A DNA stretch of 64,000 nt from Armatimonadota bacterium (GCA_046292385.1 JBKBRF010000030.1:1-64000), one strand, 5' to 3'. Numbered from the stretch's first letter, positions 39,630 to 51,289 are shown. Notes: generated by a model not told the origin, from the sequence alone. A program made the numbers and translations.

Positions 39630-42230
39630 ATGCGCCCCCATCCGCTGCTGTTGTCGCTCGTTCCCGCCGCCCTCCTCGCCGGGGCAGCCTTCGCCCTCGC
39701 CGCGGAGGCGCCCGCCCCGTCGCCGGCGCCTTCGGCGGAGCAGGCGCGGTTCTTCGAGAGCAGGATCCGGCCGGTGCTCGTCTCCCGCTGCGGAGCGTGC
39801 CATGGCGCGAAGGAGCAGAAGGGCGGGCTGCGGGTCGATTCGCGGGCGGCGCTGCTGAAGGGCGGCGCGCGCGGCCCGGCGGTGCTGCCGGGAGAGCCGG
39901 ACGGAGGCACGCTGCTGGCGGCGCTGACGCATGCGGACGGCGTGCCGAAGATGCCGCCGACGGGTAAGCTCTCCGACCGGGAGCTCGCCGACCTCCGCCG
40001 CTGGATCGAGACGGGCGCTCCGTGGCCCGAGACGCGGAAGCCGTCCGGCGGCGAGGCGGACGGCACGCACTGGTCGTTCCGTCCGATCCGGCGGCCCGCG
40101 GTGCCCCGCGTGAAGAACCAGGCGTGGGTGCGGAACCCGATCGACGCGTTCGTCCTGGCGGAGCTGGAGCGGCGCGGCCTCTCCCCGGCACCGGAGGCCG
40201 ACCGCCGCACCCTGATCCGGCGCGTTACGTTTGACCTGACCGGTCTCCCGCCGACCCCCGCGGAAGTGCAGCAGTTCCTCACCGACCGCTCTCCGGACGC
40301 CTACGAGACACTGGTGGAGCGGCTCCTCGCCTCCCCGCGGCACGGAGAGCGCTGGGGGCGCCACTGGCTCGACGTGGCGCGCTACGCGGACTCCAACGGG
40401 ATGGACGAGAACGTCCACTACGGCAACGCCTGGCGGTACCGGGACTACGTGGTGCGGTCGTTCAACCAGGACAAGCCGTTCGACCAGTTCATCCGGGAGC
40501 AGCTCGCGGGCGACTTGCTTCCGGCCTCGGAGCAGCCGGCGCGGCACGAGCAGCTCATCGCCACCGGGTTCCTCTCCATCGGCCCGAAGCTGATCTCGGA
40601 GGTCGACAGCCAGAAGGTGGAGATGGACATCATCGACGAGCAGATCGACACGGTCGGCCGCGCCTTTATGGGGCTGACCCTCGGCTGCGCGCGGTGCCAC
40701 GACCACAAGTTCGACCCGATCTCCGCCAAGGACTACTACGCGCTCGCCGGGATCTTCAAGAGCACGCAGACGATCGACGCCTGGAACAAGCCGCGGATGT
40801 GGTTCGAGCACTCGATCGCCACCGAGGCGGACCTCGCCCGCAAGGCGGAGCACGAGCGGAAGGTGGCGGCGCAGAAGAAGACGATTGCAGAGGTTGGCGC
40901 CCGGGAGACGGAGCTCTGGAAGCAGGCGAACCCCGGCGCCGAGCTGCCGAAGCAGCCGGAGACGGCATTCCGCGCCGAGGGCCAGGCGGAGCTGAAGCGC
41001 CTGCGCGAGGAGCTGGCCGCCCTGGAGAAGGCGGCCCCGGAAATGCCGGCCTGCATGGGAGTGCGGGACCAGAAGGTGGTCGACGTTCCCGTCCACCTCC
41101 GCGGCGACTTCCTCACCCTGGGAGAGATGGTGCCCCGCCGCTTCCCCGCCGTGCTCGCGGGCACCGACCAGCCGCCCCTTCCGGAGACGCGCAGCGGCCG
41201 CCTGGAGCTGGCGCAGTGGATCGCCAGCCCGGAGAACCCGCTCACCGCCCGCGTCGCGGTGAACCGCGCCTGGCGCTGGCACTTCGGCCAGGGACTGGTC
41301 CGCTCGACCGACAACTTCGGCATCCTTGGGGAGAAGCCGTCGCACCCGGCGCTGCTCGACTATCTCGCGTGGGCGTTCTCATCTCCCGCCCGCGAAGGCG
41401 GGACAGAGAGACAGAGAGACGGAGAGAGCCGTACCCGCAACGCAGGGTCAGCTCCGCGGGAGGCGGGGGTTCGGAATCGCTCTGTCCCTCTGTCGCTCCG
41501 TCCCTCTGTCGCAAACGGTCCCTCTGTCTCTCCGTCGTCACCGGGAGGTATGGGATGGAGCGTTAAGCGGCTGCATCGGCTGATCGTGCTCTCCAGCACT
41601 TACCGGATGAGCAGCCGTCACGACCCGCGGGCGGCGGAGGTCGATCCGGAGAACCGGCTGCGGTGGCGGTTCGACGTGCGGCGGCTCCAGGCGGAGGAGA
41701 TTCGGGACGCGCTGCTCTTCACCGGCGGGCTGCTCGACCCGGCGATGGGCGGACCGGCGCTGTCGCTGAAGAACCGGGAGTACGTCTTCGACCACACCTC
41801 GAAGGACAACACGAAGTACGACAGCCGGCGGCGGTCGCTCTACCTGCCGGTAGTACGGAACCACCTCTACGACGTATTCCAGCTCTTCGACTTCGGCGAC
41901 GCCAGCCTGGTGGAGGGGAACCGGCCCACGACGACCGTGGCCCCGCAGGCGCTCTTCATGTTGAACGCCGACCTGGTGATGGACGCGGCGGACGCGCTGG
42001 CGGGCAAGGCGCTCGAGCGGAAGCGGCTCACGCCGGAGCAGCGGGTGCGCGTTCTCTACTTCGAAGCCTACGGCCGCTACGCCACGCCGGAGGAGACGGC
42101 GCGCTCCCTGAAGCTGCTCTCCGACTTGGAACGGACCGTTCCGGGCGAGGGAGAGGCCCGGGAGCGCAGGGCCTGGGGGGCGCTGGCACACACCCTGGTG
42201 GCTGCCAACGAGTTCATCTTCGTGCGCTGA
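39630..42230 (+). CDS. Planctomycete-type cytochrome c / DUF1549 / DUF1553 protein with in-frame repeat insertion
   Basis: FFESRIRPVL, CGACH, WLDVARYADS, CARCHDHKFDP, RRSLY, PQALFMLN. Confidence 0.92.
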   Translation: MRPHPLLLSLVPAALLAGAAFALAAEAPAPSPAPSAEQARFFESRIRPVLVSRCGACHGAKEQKGGLRVDSRAALLKGGARGPAVLPGEPDGGTLLAALTHADGVPKMPPTGKLSDRELADLRRWIETGAPWPETRKPSGGEADGTHWSFRPIRRPAVPRVKNQAWVRNPIDAFVLAELERRGLSPAPEADRRTLIRRVTFDLTGLPPTPAEVQQFLTDRSPDAYETLVERLLASPRHGERWGRHWLDVARYADSNGMDENVHYGNAWRYRDYVVRSFNQDKPFDQFIREQLAGDLLPASEQPARHEQLIATGFLSIGPKLISEVDSQKVEMDIIDEQIDTVGRAFMGLTLGCARCHDHKFDPISAKDYYALAGIFKSTQTIDAWNKPRMWFEHSIATEADLARKAEHERKVAAQKKTIAEVGARETELWKQANPGAELPKQPETAFRAEGQAELKRLREELAALEKAAPEMPACMGVRDQKVVDVPVHLRGDFLTLGEMVPRRFPAVLAGTDQPPLPETRSGRLELAQWIASPENPLTARVAVNRAWRWHFGQGLVRSTDNFGILGEKPSHPALLDYLAWAFSSPAREGGTERQRDGESRTRNAGSAPREAGVRNRSVPLSLRPSVANGPSVSPSSPGGMGWSVKRLHRLIVLSSTYRMSSRHDPRAAEVDPENRLRWRFDVRRLQAEEIRDALLFTGGLLDPAMGGPALSLKNREYVFDHTSKDNTKYDSRRRSLYLPVVRNHLYDVFQLFDFGDASLVEGNRPTTTVAPQALFMLNADLVMDAADALAGKALERKRLTPEQRVRVLYFEAYGRYATPEETARSLKLLSDLERTVPGEGEARERRAWGALAHTLVAANEFIFVR
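41379..41552. repeat. In-frame insertion: inverted octamer arrays (GACAGAGA / CTCTGTCC) around a CTCCG-N9-GGGGTTCGG core
   Basis: 58 codons where the paralog at 6098-9292 has 3; the octamer also forms an intergenic array at 43954-44002. Confidence 0.8.
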
Positions 42231-42242
42231 GGAAGCACCGGT

Positions 42243-43701
<1,459 letters not shown>

Positions 43702-43703
<2 letters not shown>

Positions 43704-43775
43704 GGGATGAGGGCGGAAGGATGAGGGATGAATCCGAACCCTCCGTAGACGGAGGATCCTGCTCCTGCTCCTGCT
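43702..43775. repeat. Heptamer array (GAGGGAT) + core (CCGAACCCT-N7-CGGAG) + CCTGCT x3
   Basis: Directly after the DUF1501 stop; core matches 4539-4559 in reverse orientation. Confidence 0.7.
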
Positions 43776-43953
43776 CGCTGGCGACCTTCGGGGCTTCGGC
43801 ACGTCCTGGTGAGGTCCGAAGGGTTCCGCCGCCCCTCCAGGGCGGGTGATTGGGGACGGCGGAGGTCCGGGGGCTGCGCTGCGCTTGCACCCCGGCTATC
43901 GTCTCGCGCCCCTCCGGGGCGCCATCCCCGCCATCCCCGCCATGCTCGCTGCG

Positions 43954-44002
43954 CTCCGTCCCTCTGTCTCTCCGTCCCTCTGTCTCTCCGTCTCTCCATC
44001 TC
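43954..44002. repeat. Octamer tandem array CTC(C/T)GTC(C/T) x6
   Basis: 8-nt periodicity visible; same unit as in the 41379 insertion. Confidence 0.8.
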
Positions 44003-44019
44003 AGGGGCGGCCGTCCGCG

Positions 44020-45219
44020 CTAGGCGGTCTCGCCTTCGAAGAGCTGGGGCAGGAGCTCGGAGGCTTTATCGATGCGCCAGCGGGCGTCGTCGATGGCACG
44101 CTCGTCGAACGGAAGGATGCCGCGAGTCTGGGGCGCTTCGCGGCTGCCGGTGATCATGAACGGCATCCAGCCCGCCTCGGCCCGCCGCTCCTCCGTGTAG
44201 GTGGCATGGTCGACGACGACCATGATCCGGAAGTCGTCGAGCAGCCCGATCCGGTCAAGGAGTGTGCCGAAGAAGCGCTCGTCGATCCGCTTTACGGCGT
44301 CGAGCTTCGCTTCCCAGTCGCCGTCCAGACCCGCCTCGTTCGGCGACTCGAGGTGGACCAGGCAGAAGTCCCGCTCCTGCAGCGCGGTCAGCGTGGCCCG
44401 CGCCTTCATGGCGTAGTCGGTGTCGAGCGAGCCGGTGGCGCCGGGAACGTCGAGCACGCGCAGGCCGCTCAGACGCGCCAGCCCCTTGACCATCGCGCTG
44501 CCGGCGACGCACGAGCCGCCGACCCCGTGCCGGAACCCGAACCCCTGGAGCTGCGGGGCGCGGCCCGGCGACCAGGGCCACACCATGTCGGCGGTGGGCC
44601 GCCCGTCGTCGCGCAGCCGCTTGTTGAACGGGTGCTCCGCCAGCACCTCGGCACTGTCCCACATCACGCTCACCAGCTGCTCCGCGCGGTCGCCGGTGGG
44701 GAACACCTCTCGCAGCGGGCGGCCCGCCGCGGCGTACGGAGAGGTGCACGCAATCCCGTCCGGACCGCCGCGCCAGACCAGCACGTGCCGGTAGCCGGAG
44801 CCCGGGTAGAACTGCAGCGTGCGGTGCCGCAGCGACTGCTGCACGTGGCGCACCAGCTCCCGGCCGACGTTCTTGCCCAGCTTGCCGGCGGTCGGCTCCT
44901 GCAGCACGGCGCCGTCGGTATGGACCAGGTTCAAGCTGAACGCGGTGTCGCCGTGGTCGAGGTCGATCTCTACCGCCGCGGCTTCCAGCGGTCCCCGGCC
45001 GGTCCAGTGCTCCACCGGATCGAACCCGAAGAGCCCCATCAGTGCCGCCTCGGGGTCGCCCTTCCAGTCCGGCGGCAGCGTCTGGACCACTCCCACGCGC
45101 GCCTTGCGGGCCATGGCGGTCAGGTGCTCGCCCGCCCCGACGATCAGCGGTGTACGGTCGTCGAGCGCCTTGATCGGGGCATCGACCGCCCCGTCGAGGA
45201 TCACCATCACGTATTTCAT
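44020..45219 (-). CDS. ApgM-like cofactor-independent phosphoglycerate mutase homolog with degenerate active site
   Basis: MKYV.VILDG..D, RTPL, GRGPLEAA, YRHVLV, VPGATG.LDTDY..K, D F.LVH.E.P, DH. Confidence 0.8.
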   Translation of the reverse strand: MKYVMVILDGAVDAPIKALDDRTPLIVGAGEHLTAMARKARVGVVQTLPPDWKGDPEAALMGLFGFDPVEHWTGRGPLEAAAVEIDLDHGDTAFSLNLVHTDGAVLQEPTAGKLGKNVGRELVRHVQQSLRHRTLQFYPGSGYRHVLVWRGGPDGIACTSPYAAAGRPLREVFPTGDRAEQLVSVMWDSAEVLAEHPFNKRLRDDGRPTADMVWPWSPGRAPQLQGFGFRHGVGGSCVAGSAMVKGLARLSGLRVLDVPGATGSLDTDYAMKARATLTALQERDFCLVHLESPNEAGLDGDWEAKLDAVKRIDERFFGTLLDRIGLLDDFRIMVVVDHATYTEERRAEAGWMPFMITGSREAPQTRGILPFDERAIDDARWRIDKASELLPQLFEGETA

Positions 45220-45253
45220 GGGGCTGTCACGATATCGGGGAGCGGGAGGCGCT

Positions 45254-45345
45254 GTTCCAGGTTTGCAGGTTGCAGGTTAGCAAGTTGGGCACCGCTCGAT
45301 GGAGTCCGGAACCTGCAACCTGAAACCTGCCAACTCGCTAACTAC
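45254..45345. repeat. Inverted CAGGTTG-type arrays, third copy, degenerate core
   Basis: CAGGTT units, CACCG-N6-GGAGTCCGG, AACCTG units; lies between purC and the ApgM-like gene. Confidence 0.8.
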
Positions 45346-46272
45346 CTAATCGAGCTCGCGTCCGGTGATCCGGCGGTAGATCTCGCGGTATTTCTCGGCG
45401 GTCCGCTCCGCCACCTCGGCGGGGAGGGCGGGGGCCGGCGGCTCGTGATTCCAGCCGATGCCGTCCAGGTAGTCCCGCACGTACTGCTTGTCGAAGCTCG
45501 GCTGGGGACCGCCGGGCTCGTACCCTTCCGCATCCCAGAAGCGAGAGGAGTCGGGGGTCAGGCACTCGTCGATCATCGTCACCTGCCCGTCGAGCAGTCC
45601 GAATTCGAACTTGGTATCGGCGATGAGGATGCCGCGCTCGCGCGCGTGCTCGGAGGCGGTGGTGTAGACCCGGAGGCTCAATTCGATGAGCTGAGCCATC
45701 TCGCCGGCGGGGACCAGCTCCGCCATCTCCTGGTGCGTGATGTTCTCGTCGTGTCCGCTGGCGGCCTTGGTCGAAGGGGTAAAGATCGGCTCCGGCAGGC
45801 GGGAGCCCTGCAGCAGGCCCGCCGGCAGCCCGATGCCGCAGACCGAGCCGGAGCGCCGGTACTCCTTCCAGGCGCTGCCCTCCAGGTAGCCGCGGACCAC
45901 GCACTCGACCGGATAGGCCTTCGCCTTGCGGGCCAGCATCGCGCGCCCGTTCAGCACTTCCTCCGGCAGGCTCGCGCCCGCCTCCCCGAGCGCCGCGCGG
46001 ATCTCGGCGGCGTCGGTCGTCACGAGGTGGCTGGGGCAGAAGGGGCGGATGAAGTCGAACCAGAAGGCGGAGATCAGGTTCAGCACCCGGCCCTTGTCCG
46101 GGATCCCGGTGGGGAGCACGCAGTCGAACGCGGAGAGGCGGTCGGTGGTGACGATCAGCAGGTGCTGGTCCAGGTCGTAGACGTCCCGCACCTTGCCGCG
46201 GATGAAGCCGGGGAGACCCGGCAGGTGCGTCTCCAGCAGCACGCCGTCCGCACCGGTCACTTCAGCGCTCAT
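45346..46272 (-). CDS. purC: Phosphoribosylaminoimidazolesuccinocarboxamide (SAICAR) synthase
   Basis: GKVRDVY, TDRLSAFD, ECVVRGY, FTPSTKA, ADTKFEFG, TPDSSRFW, SFDKQ. Confidence 0.97.
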   Translation of the reverse strand: MSAEVTGADGVLLETHLPGLPGFIRGKVRDVYDLDQHLLIVTTDRLSAFDCVLPTGIPDKGRVLNLISAFWFDFIRPFCPSHLVTTDAAEIRAALGEAGASLPEEVLNGRAMLARKAKAYPVECVVRGYLEGSAWKEYRRSGSVCGIGLPAGLLQGSRLPEPIFTPSTKAASGHDENITHQEMAELVPAGEMAQLIELSLRVYTTASEHARERGILIADTKFEFGLLDGQVTMIDECLTPDSSRFWDAEGYEPGGPQPSFDKQYVRDYLDGIGWNHEPPAPALPAEVAERTAEKYREIYRRITGRELD

Positions 46273-46304
46273 CGGGTCGATCTCCAGTCCGGGGCGAGGG
46301 TGGG

Positions 46305-47399
46305 TTATAGTCGGGCCGCGGCGAGCACCGCCTCGCAGGTGGCGGGCACGGGTACCGGCTCGTCGATGGCGCCCAGCACCGTCGCCGGATCCTTGAGGCC
46401 GTGGCCCGTGAGGGTGCAGACCACGATCCGCTCCTCTTCCGGCACTCCGGCGAAGTAGCCCGCGTTCCAGAGCTTGCGGAGCCCCGCGACGGAGGCGGCC
46501 GAGGCGGGCTCGCAGAAGACACCGACCTCCGCGGCCAGCATCCGGTAGGCCGCCAGGATCTCTTCGTCGGTCACCGCGTCGATCGTTCCGCCGCTCTCGT
46601 CCCGGGCCGCAACCGCCGGCTGCCAGCTGGCGGGGTTGCCGATGCGGATGGCGGTGGCGATCGTCTCCGGCGCGCTGACGGGCTCTCCGCGCACGATCGG
46701 CGCGGCGCCGGCGGCCTGGAAGCCGAGCATGCGGGGCAGGCGCGCGGCGCGGCCGAGGCGGTGGTACTCCTGATAGCCCAGCCAGTAGGCGGTGATGTTC
46801 CCCGCGTTGCCGACCGGAATGCAGTGGAACGCCGGGGCGTCGCCCAGCCAGTCGCAGATCTCGAAGGCGGCGGTCTTCTGCCCCTGGATGCGGTCCGGGT
46901 TGATGCTGTTCACCACCGCGACCGGCCGCACGTGGGAGACTTCCCGCACCAGGCGGAGAGCGTCGTCGAAGTTACCCCGGATCGCCACCACGCAGGCGCC
47001 GTGGATCAGCGCCTGGCTCAGCTTCCCCATGGCGATGGCACCGTGCGGGATGAGCACCAGGCACTGCAGGCCGGCGCGCGCGGAGTAGGCGGCCGCGGAG
47101 GCGGAGGTATTGCCGGTGGAGGCGCAGATCACCGCCTCGGCGCCGCGGGAGACCGCCTGGGTGATCGCAACCGTCATCCCGCGGTCCTTAAAGGAGCCGG
47201 TGGGGTTCAGCCCCTCGCACTTGAGGTAGAGGCGAAGGGAATCGCCGCCGGAGATCGCCCGCGCCAGGCGCGGCGCCTCCAGCAGCGGCGTGTTGCCCTC
47301 CAGCAGGGTGACGACCTCGCTGGCCGGCTCCACTGGAAGGAACTCCCGGTAAGCCTGGATGAGGCCCGGCCAGGCGGCGGCAATCGGCGCGGGGGCCAT
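46305..47399 (-). CDS. thrC: Threonine synthase
   Basis: [42 protein letters not shown]. Confidence 0.96.
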   Translation of the reverse strand: MAPAPIAAAWPGLIQAYREFLPVEPASEVVTLLEGNTPLLEAPRLARAISGGDSLRLYLKCEGLNPTGSFKDRGMTVAITQAVSRGAEAVICASTGNTSASAAAYSARAGLQCLVLIPHGAIAMGKLSQALIHGACVVAIRGNFDDALRLVREVSHVRPVAVVNSINPDRIQGQKTAAFEICDWLGDAPAFHCIPVGNAGNITAYWLGYQEYHRLGRAARLPRMLGFQAAGAAPIVRGEPVSAPETIATAIRIGNPASWQPAVAARDESGGTIDAVTDEEILAAYRMLAAEVGVFCEPASAASVAGLRKLWNAGYFAGVPEEERIVVCTLTGHGLKDPATVLGAIDEPVPVPATCEAVLAAARL

Positions 47400-47400
47400 C

Positions 47401-48696
47401 CTACTCCTCCACCCGGATGCAGTTGGCAACCTGCCGCACCACCGGCAGTGCCTCGATCTCCTGCAGGGCCGCCCGCAAGTTCCCCTCGTTGGTGCGGTGG
47501 GTAATCCAGACGATCTCCGCCGACTCCTCGCTCACCTGCTTCTGGATCATCGACTCCAGCGAGACGTTGTGCCGGCCGAAGACGGTCGCCACCGCCGCCA
47601 GCACGCCGGGGCGGTCGTCGGTCTCGGTCCGCACGTAGTAGTGCGACTCGGTCTCCTCGATCGGGAGGATCGTCTTCTCGTGGAAGCAGGTGCAGGCGAT
47701 CCGGCCGGAGCCCCCGAAGACGATGCCTCGCGCCGCTTCCATAATGTCGGCGGCCACCGAGCTGCCGGTCGGCATCGCCCCCGCCCCGCGGCCGAAGAAC
47801 ATCACGTCGCCCACCGCGTTCCCGCGGACCAGGACGGCGTTGAAGACGTCGTTCACCGCCGCCAGCGGGTGGGAGAGCGGCAGCATCGCGGGGTGCACCC
47901 GCAGCTCCAGGCCGTGGGGCCGCTCCTTCGCGAGCGCGACCAGCTTGATCGCGTAGCCGAGCTGCTTGGCGTACTCGATGTCGCGGTCGGAGATCTTGCG
48001 GATCCCTTCGTGATAGACCCGCTCCAGCGGCACGCGGCTCTGGAAGCCGATGCTGGCGAGGATCGCGAGCTTGTAGGCGGCGTCGAAGCCGTCGACGTCG
48101 TCGGTCGGGTCGGCCTCCGCGTAGCCCTGCTCCTGCGCCTGGCGGAGCGCGACCTCGAAGTCGAGACCCTGCTGGCTCATTTGCGTCAGGATGTAGTTGG
48201 TCGTCCCGTTGACGATCCCCACCACCTCGCGGATCCGGTTCGCGGCGAGGGAGACCTTCATCGCGCGGATGATCGGGATGCCGCCCGCCACGGCGCCTTC
48301 GAAGAAGAAGTCGAGCTTCCGCTCCGCGGCGCGGACCAGGAGCTGGTGCCCCGCCTTGGCGATCAGCTCCTTGTTGGCGGTGACGACGTGCTTGCCGTTG
48401 GAGAGGGCGCGGAGGATGTAGTCGCCCGCTGGCGCGATGCCGCCGATCAGCTCCGCCACGATCTGCACTTCCGGATCGTCCAGTACTTCCGCCGGATCGG
48501 TGGTGAGCAGGCCGCTCGGGAGGTCGACCGCGCGCGGTTTCTCCGGGCTGCGGACGCAGACGCGCTTGACTTCGATGCGGGCGCCGAGCTGGCGCTCGAT
48601 GGCGGCGGCATTCTCCCGCAGCGTCTGGTAGGTGCCGGACCCCACCACGCCGCAGCCGAGCATTCCGACGACGATGGTGCGAGGATCGGCCGACAT
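47401..48696 (-). CDS. hom: Homoserine dehydrogenase with C-terminal ACT domain
   Basis: [52 protein letters not shown]. Confidence 0.96.
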   Translation of the reverse strand: MSADPRTIVVGMLGCGVVGSGTYQTLRENAAAIERQLGARIEVKRVCVRSPEKPRAVDLPSGLLTTDPAEVLDDPEVQIVAELIGGIAPAGDYILRALSNGKHVVTANKELIAKAGHQLLVRAAERKLDFFFEGAVAGGIPIIRAMKVSLAANRIREVVGIVNGTTNYILTQMSQQGLDFEVALRQAQEQGYAEADPTDDVDGFDAAYKLAILASIGFQSRVPLERVYHEGIRKISDRDIEYAKQLGYAIKLVALAKERPHGLELRVHPAMLPLSHPLAAVNDVFNAVLVRGNAVGDVMFFGRGAGAMPTGSSVAADIMEAARGIVFGGSGRIACTCFHEKTILPIEETESHYYVRTETDDRPGVLAAVATVFGRHNVSLESMIQKQVSEESAEIVWITHRTNEGNLRAALQEIEALPVVRQVANCIRVEE

Positions 48697-48754
48697 AGAT
48701 ACTCCTGGTCGGGAGCCGCGCCGGTCAGGCGAGGCGAGGCTCCAGAGACTTCCG

Positions 48755-48786
48755 ATTATATCCCACGGCTCCGCGCCTGCTGTCAA
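48755..48786 (-). promoter_or_regulatory. Putative hom operon promoter TTGACA-N20-TATAAT
   Basis: Perfect hexamers but an over-long spacer. Confidence 0.5.
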
Positions 48787-48902
48787 ACCCTCGCCCCGCT
48801 GTGAGACGGCTATCCCCGGCCTGCAGGAGACTCGCCGCCGCGCTCTGAACCTCGGGACGAAAGACGAACCGGATGGAGCCGGGGACAGGGGGTGGGGGAA
48901 CG

Positions 48903-49544
48903 ATGCGGCTGCTGGTGACCGGGGCGGAGAGCCCGCTCGGCAGGGTGGTGGTGGAAGCGCTGGAGGGGGAGCACGAGCTGCGCGGGACCGGGGACGCCGA
49001 CCTCCGCAGCCCGGAGCAGCTCCGGCCGCTGCTGGAGGGGGTGGAGACAGTGCTCCACCTGGCGCCGCACTCGCCGGCGAGCCCCGCCACTCCCGAAGCG
49101 GAGGCGGAAGTGCTCGACCTCGCCGCGCGGGGCACCTACGTGCTCCTGAAGGAGGCGCTCGCCGCGGGAGTGCGGCGGGTCGTCCTCGCCTCCCGGCTGG
49201 AGGTGCTGACCCGCTACGAGGAGGCGTATCTGCTCGACGAGAGCTGGAAGCCGCGTCCCGCGCCCGAAGCCGCCGCGCTCGCCCCGCACCTGGCGGAGCT
49301 GGCGGTGCGGGAATTCGTCCGCGCGGAGCCGCTCCTCGCCGTCTGCCTCCGCCTCGGCGACCTCGACGGCGCCGATCCCGCCACCTCCCCCGCACTCGCG
49401 GTCGAGGCGATCCGGAAAGCGCTCGCACTCGATCCCGGCGGCTCGCACTACCGCTGGTGGCTCTACCACGTGACCGAGTCGCCGCGCTTCAGCCCGGCCC
49501 GCGCCGCGGAGGCGCCGCTCGGCCTGCGCGGGGGAGGAGCCTGA
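48903..49544 (+). CDS. NAD-dependent epimerase/dehydratase-like protein (atypical SDR)
   Basis: LLVTGAESPLG, DL, VLHLA, GV.RVV.AS; no YxxxK. Confidence 0.7.
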   Translation: MRLLVTGAESPLGRVVVEALEGEHELRGTGDADLRSPEQLRPLLEGVETVLHLAPHSPASPATPEAEAEVLDLAARGTYVLLKEALAAGVRRVVLASRLEVLTRYEEAYLLDESWKPRPAPEAAALAPHLAELAVREFVRAEPLLAVCLRLGDLDGADPATSPALAVEAIRKALALDPGGSHYRWWLYHVTESPRFSPARAAEAPLGLRGGGA

Positions 49545-50359
49545 TGGGAGCCGTGCACTCGGGACGGGTCGTAGTCTTCGGGGCCGGGGGACCGGTCGGC
49601 GCCTCCGCGGCACGGGCGCTGCGGGAGCACTACACGCTGCTGCTCACCGACGCGCGCCCGCTCCCGGAGATCGCGGCGGCGGGCGAGCGGCAGTCGCCCG
49701 GCGCGCCGCTGCCGGAGGTGCTGCCGGCGCCGCACGAGACGCGGGTGGTCGACGTCACCCGCTACGAGGAAGTGCTGAAGGCCGCCCGGGGCGCCGACGC
49801 GCTGATCAACTGCACCGTGGTGCGGCGGGAGCTGGAGCCGGCGTTCGGCGTGAACCTGGTCGGCGCCTACCACGTGGCAAAGGCCGCCGTGGAGCTGGGC
49901 ATCCGGCGGCTGATCCACACCGGGCCGTACCACACCGGGCTGGACCACAACGCCGACACCTGGTGGGAGCACGACGTCTCCCCGGACGCTCCGCTCCACC
50001 CGGGCAGCGACCTGTACGCGATGAGCAAGTTCCTGGGAGGGGAAGTGACGCGGATCTTCGCGGAGGAGCACGGGCTGGAGGTGGTGACGTTCCTCTACTG
50101 CGCCTTCCGCCCCGGCGAGGGGGACGAGGCGCCGGACGGGAGTGGGGTCCACCCGTTCACCACGCGCTGGGATGACTGCGGCGAGGCGTTCCTCTACGGC
50201 CTCCGCGCCCCGGAGCTGCCGCGCCCGTACGAGCCGTTCTTCATCTGCTCCGACCTGCCGCACGGCAAGTACCGCACCGACAAGGCGAAGCAGCTCCTCG
50301 GCTTCGAAGCCCGCCACCGCTTCGAGCGCCTCTGGACGCGCGCGGAGTCTGAAGGGTAG
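49544..50359 (+). CDS. NAD-dependent epimerase/dehydratase family protein
   Basis: VVVFGAGGPVG, VNLVGAY, YAMSK; TGATG coupling to the upstream gene. Confidence 0.8.
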   Translation: MGAVHSGRVVVFGAGGPVGASAARALREHYTLLLTDARPLPEIAAAGERQSPGAPLPEVLPAPHETRVVDVTRYEEVLKAARGADALINCTVVRRELEPAFGVNLVGAYHVAKAAVELGIRRLIHTGPYHTGLDHNADTWWEHDVSPDAPLHPGSDLYAMSKFLGGEVTRIFAEEHGLEVVTFLYCAFRPGEGDEAPDGSGVHPFTTRWDDCGEAFLYGLRAPELPRPYEPFFICSDLPHGKYRTDKAKQLLGFEARHRFERLWTRAESEG

Positions 50360-50368
50360 CGAGGCGCT

Positions 50369-50794
50369 TCAGCGTGGGCGGGACCCCGGAAGGTCATGCT
50401 CCAGGAGATACCAGTCTTCCGGCGCCTCCGGTTTGTAAAGGGCGAGCCGCCCGGGGAGGCAGGAGAGCACGATCGCGAAGTCGTGCGTCACCGCGCTCTC
50501 CAGCGCCTTCCGCAGCGGTACCTCGCAGCCGTCGAGCTCCAGTGCGCACGCGATGACGTGGCAGGTCGCCGGCGCAGCCCGCTCCCGCAGGAGCCCTTCC
50601 ACCGCCTGGACGGTACGCTCTCCGCGCGGAATGAGGCGCGCCCGGGAGAGGTCGACGTCCGCGCCGTGGTTCAGGCGGTCCAGGATCTCCCGGCGGCGCT
50701 TCGGATGGGCGAGCAACTCGCCGCAGCGCCGGCGCTTCTCCGCCCGGACAAAGACCCGGCAGAATGCCTCTTCGTGTTCGTTCAGCGTGCTCAT
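50369..50794 (-). CDS. Hypothetical protein
   Basis: MSTLNEHEEAFCRVFV...LSCLPGRLALY; start overlaps the upstream stop (TGATG). Confidence 0.65.
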   Translation of the reverse strand: MSTLNEHEEAFCRVFVRAEKRRRCGELLAHPKRRREILDRLNHGADVDLSRARLIPRGERTVQAVEGLLRERAAPATCHVIACALELDGCEVPLRKALESAVTHDFAIVLSCLPGRLALYKPEAPEDWYLLEHDLPGSRPR

Positions 50795-51285
50795 CAGATG
50801 CCGAGATGCAGGATGTAGAACTCTCCGGTAGCCGCGGCCCGGCCCCACTCCGCGAGTAGCTCCAGGTCCCGCACGAGTTCGTCGCGCCGGACGAGGAGCT
50901 TTTGAGTTTCCTCGTCGCTGCGCCTTCCATCCTCGTCGCGCGTATACACCCAGCCGGCGGAGAGAATGATCTCTTCCGGGCCGAGGCGAAAGAGCTGTGC
51001 CCACGCCGCGAAGACTTCCGCGAAGAGCGCTCCACCCTCGTGGTTCACGATCGTGTCCCCGTAGAGATCGAGACCCTGAATCGGCTTGGGCGCTCGCTTT
51101 CTGTCCTGGACCAGCGCCGGAAACCATTCCAGAGAGTCGTAGAAGTAGCGCAGTACGTCGTCAGCGATCCGGAGTGGGGCATCCCGCCGACGGAGATAAT
51201 CCCAGTAAGCTGCGTAGGGGACTTCCCCTTCTCGGAGAAGCCAGAAGTCGTGATACGGGCCACGCGGCTCTTCCAGGATCATCAC
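50794..51285 (-). CDS. Hypothetical protein
   Basis: 163 aa globular composition ending YILHLGI; coupled to neighbours. Confidence 0.7.
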   Translation of the reverse strand: MMILEEPRGPYHDFWLLREGEVPYAAYWDYLRRRDAPLRIADDVLRYFYDSLEWFPALVQDRKRAPKPIQGLDLYGDTIVNHEGGALFAEVFAAWAQLFRLGPEEIILSAGWVYTRDEDGRRSDEETQKLLVRRDELVRDLELLAEWGRAAATGEFYILHLGI

Positions 51286-51289
51286 TGAA

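Noticed and set aside
47401..49428. ORF-track N-terminal extensions of hom, lnt (14293), the hydrolase (24139) and the epimerase (48632) as fusions
   Set aside because: Extensions overlap other real genes and are low-complexity; internal starts with an RBS or coupling fit the families.
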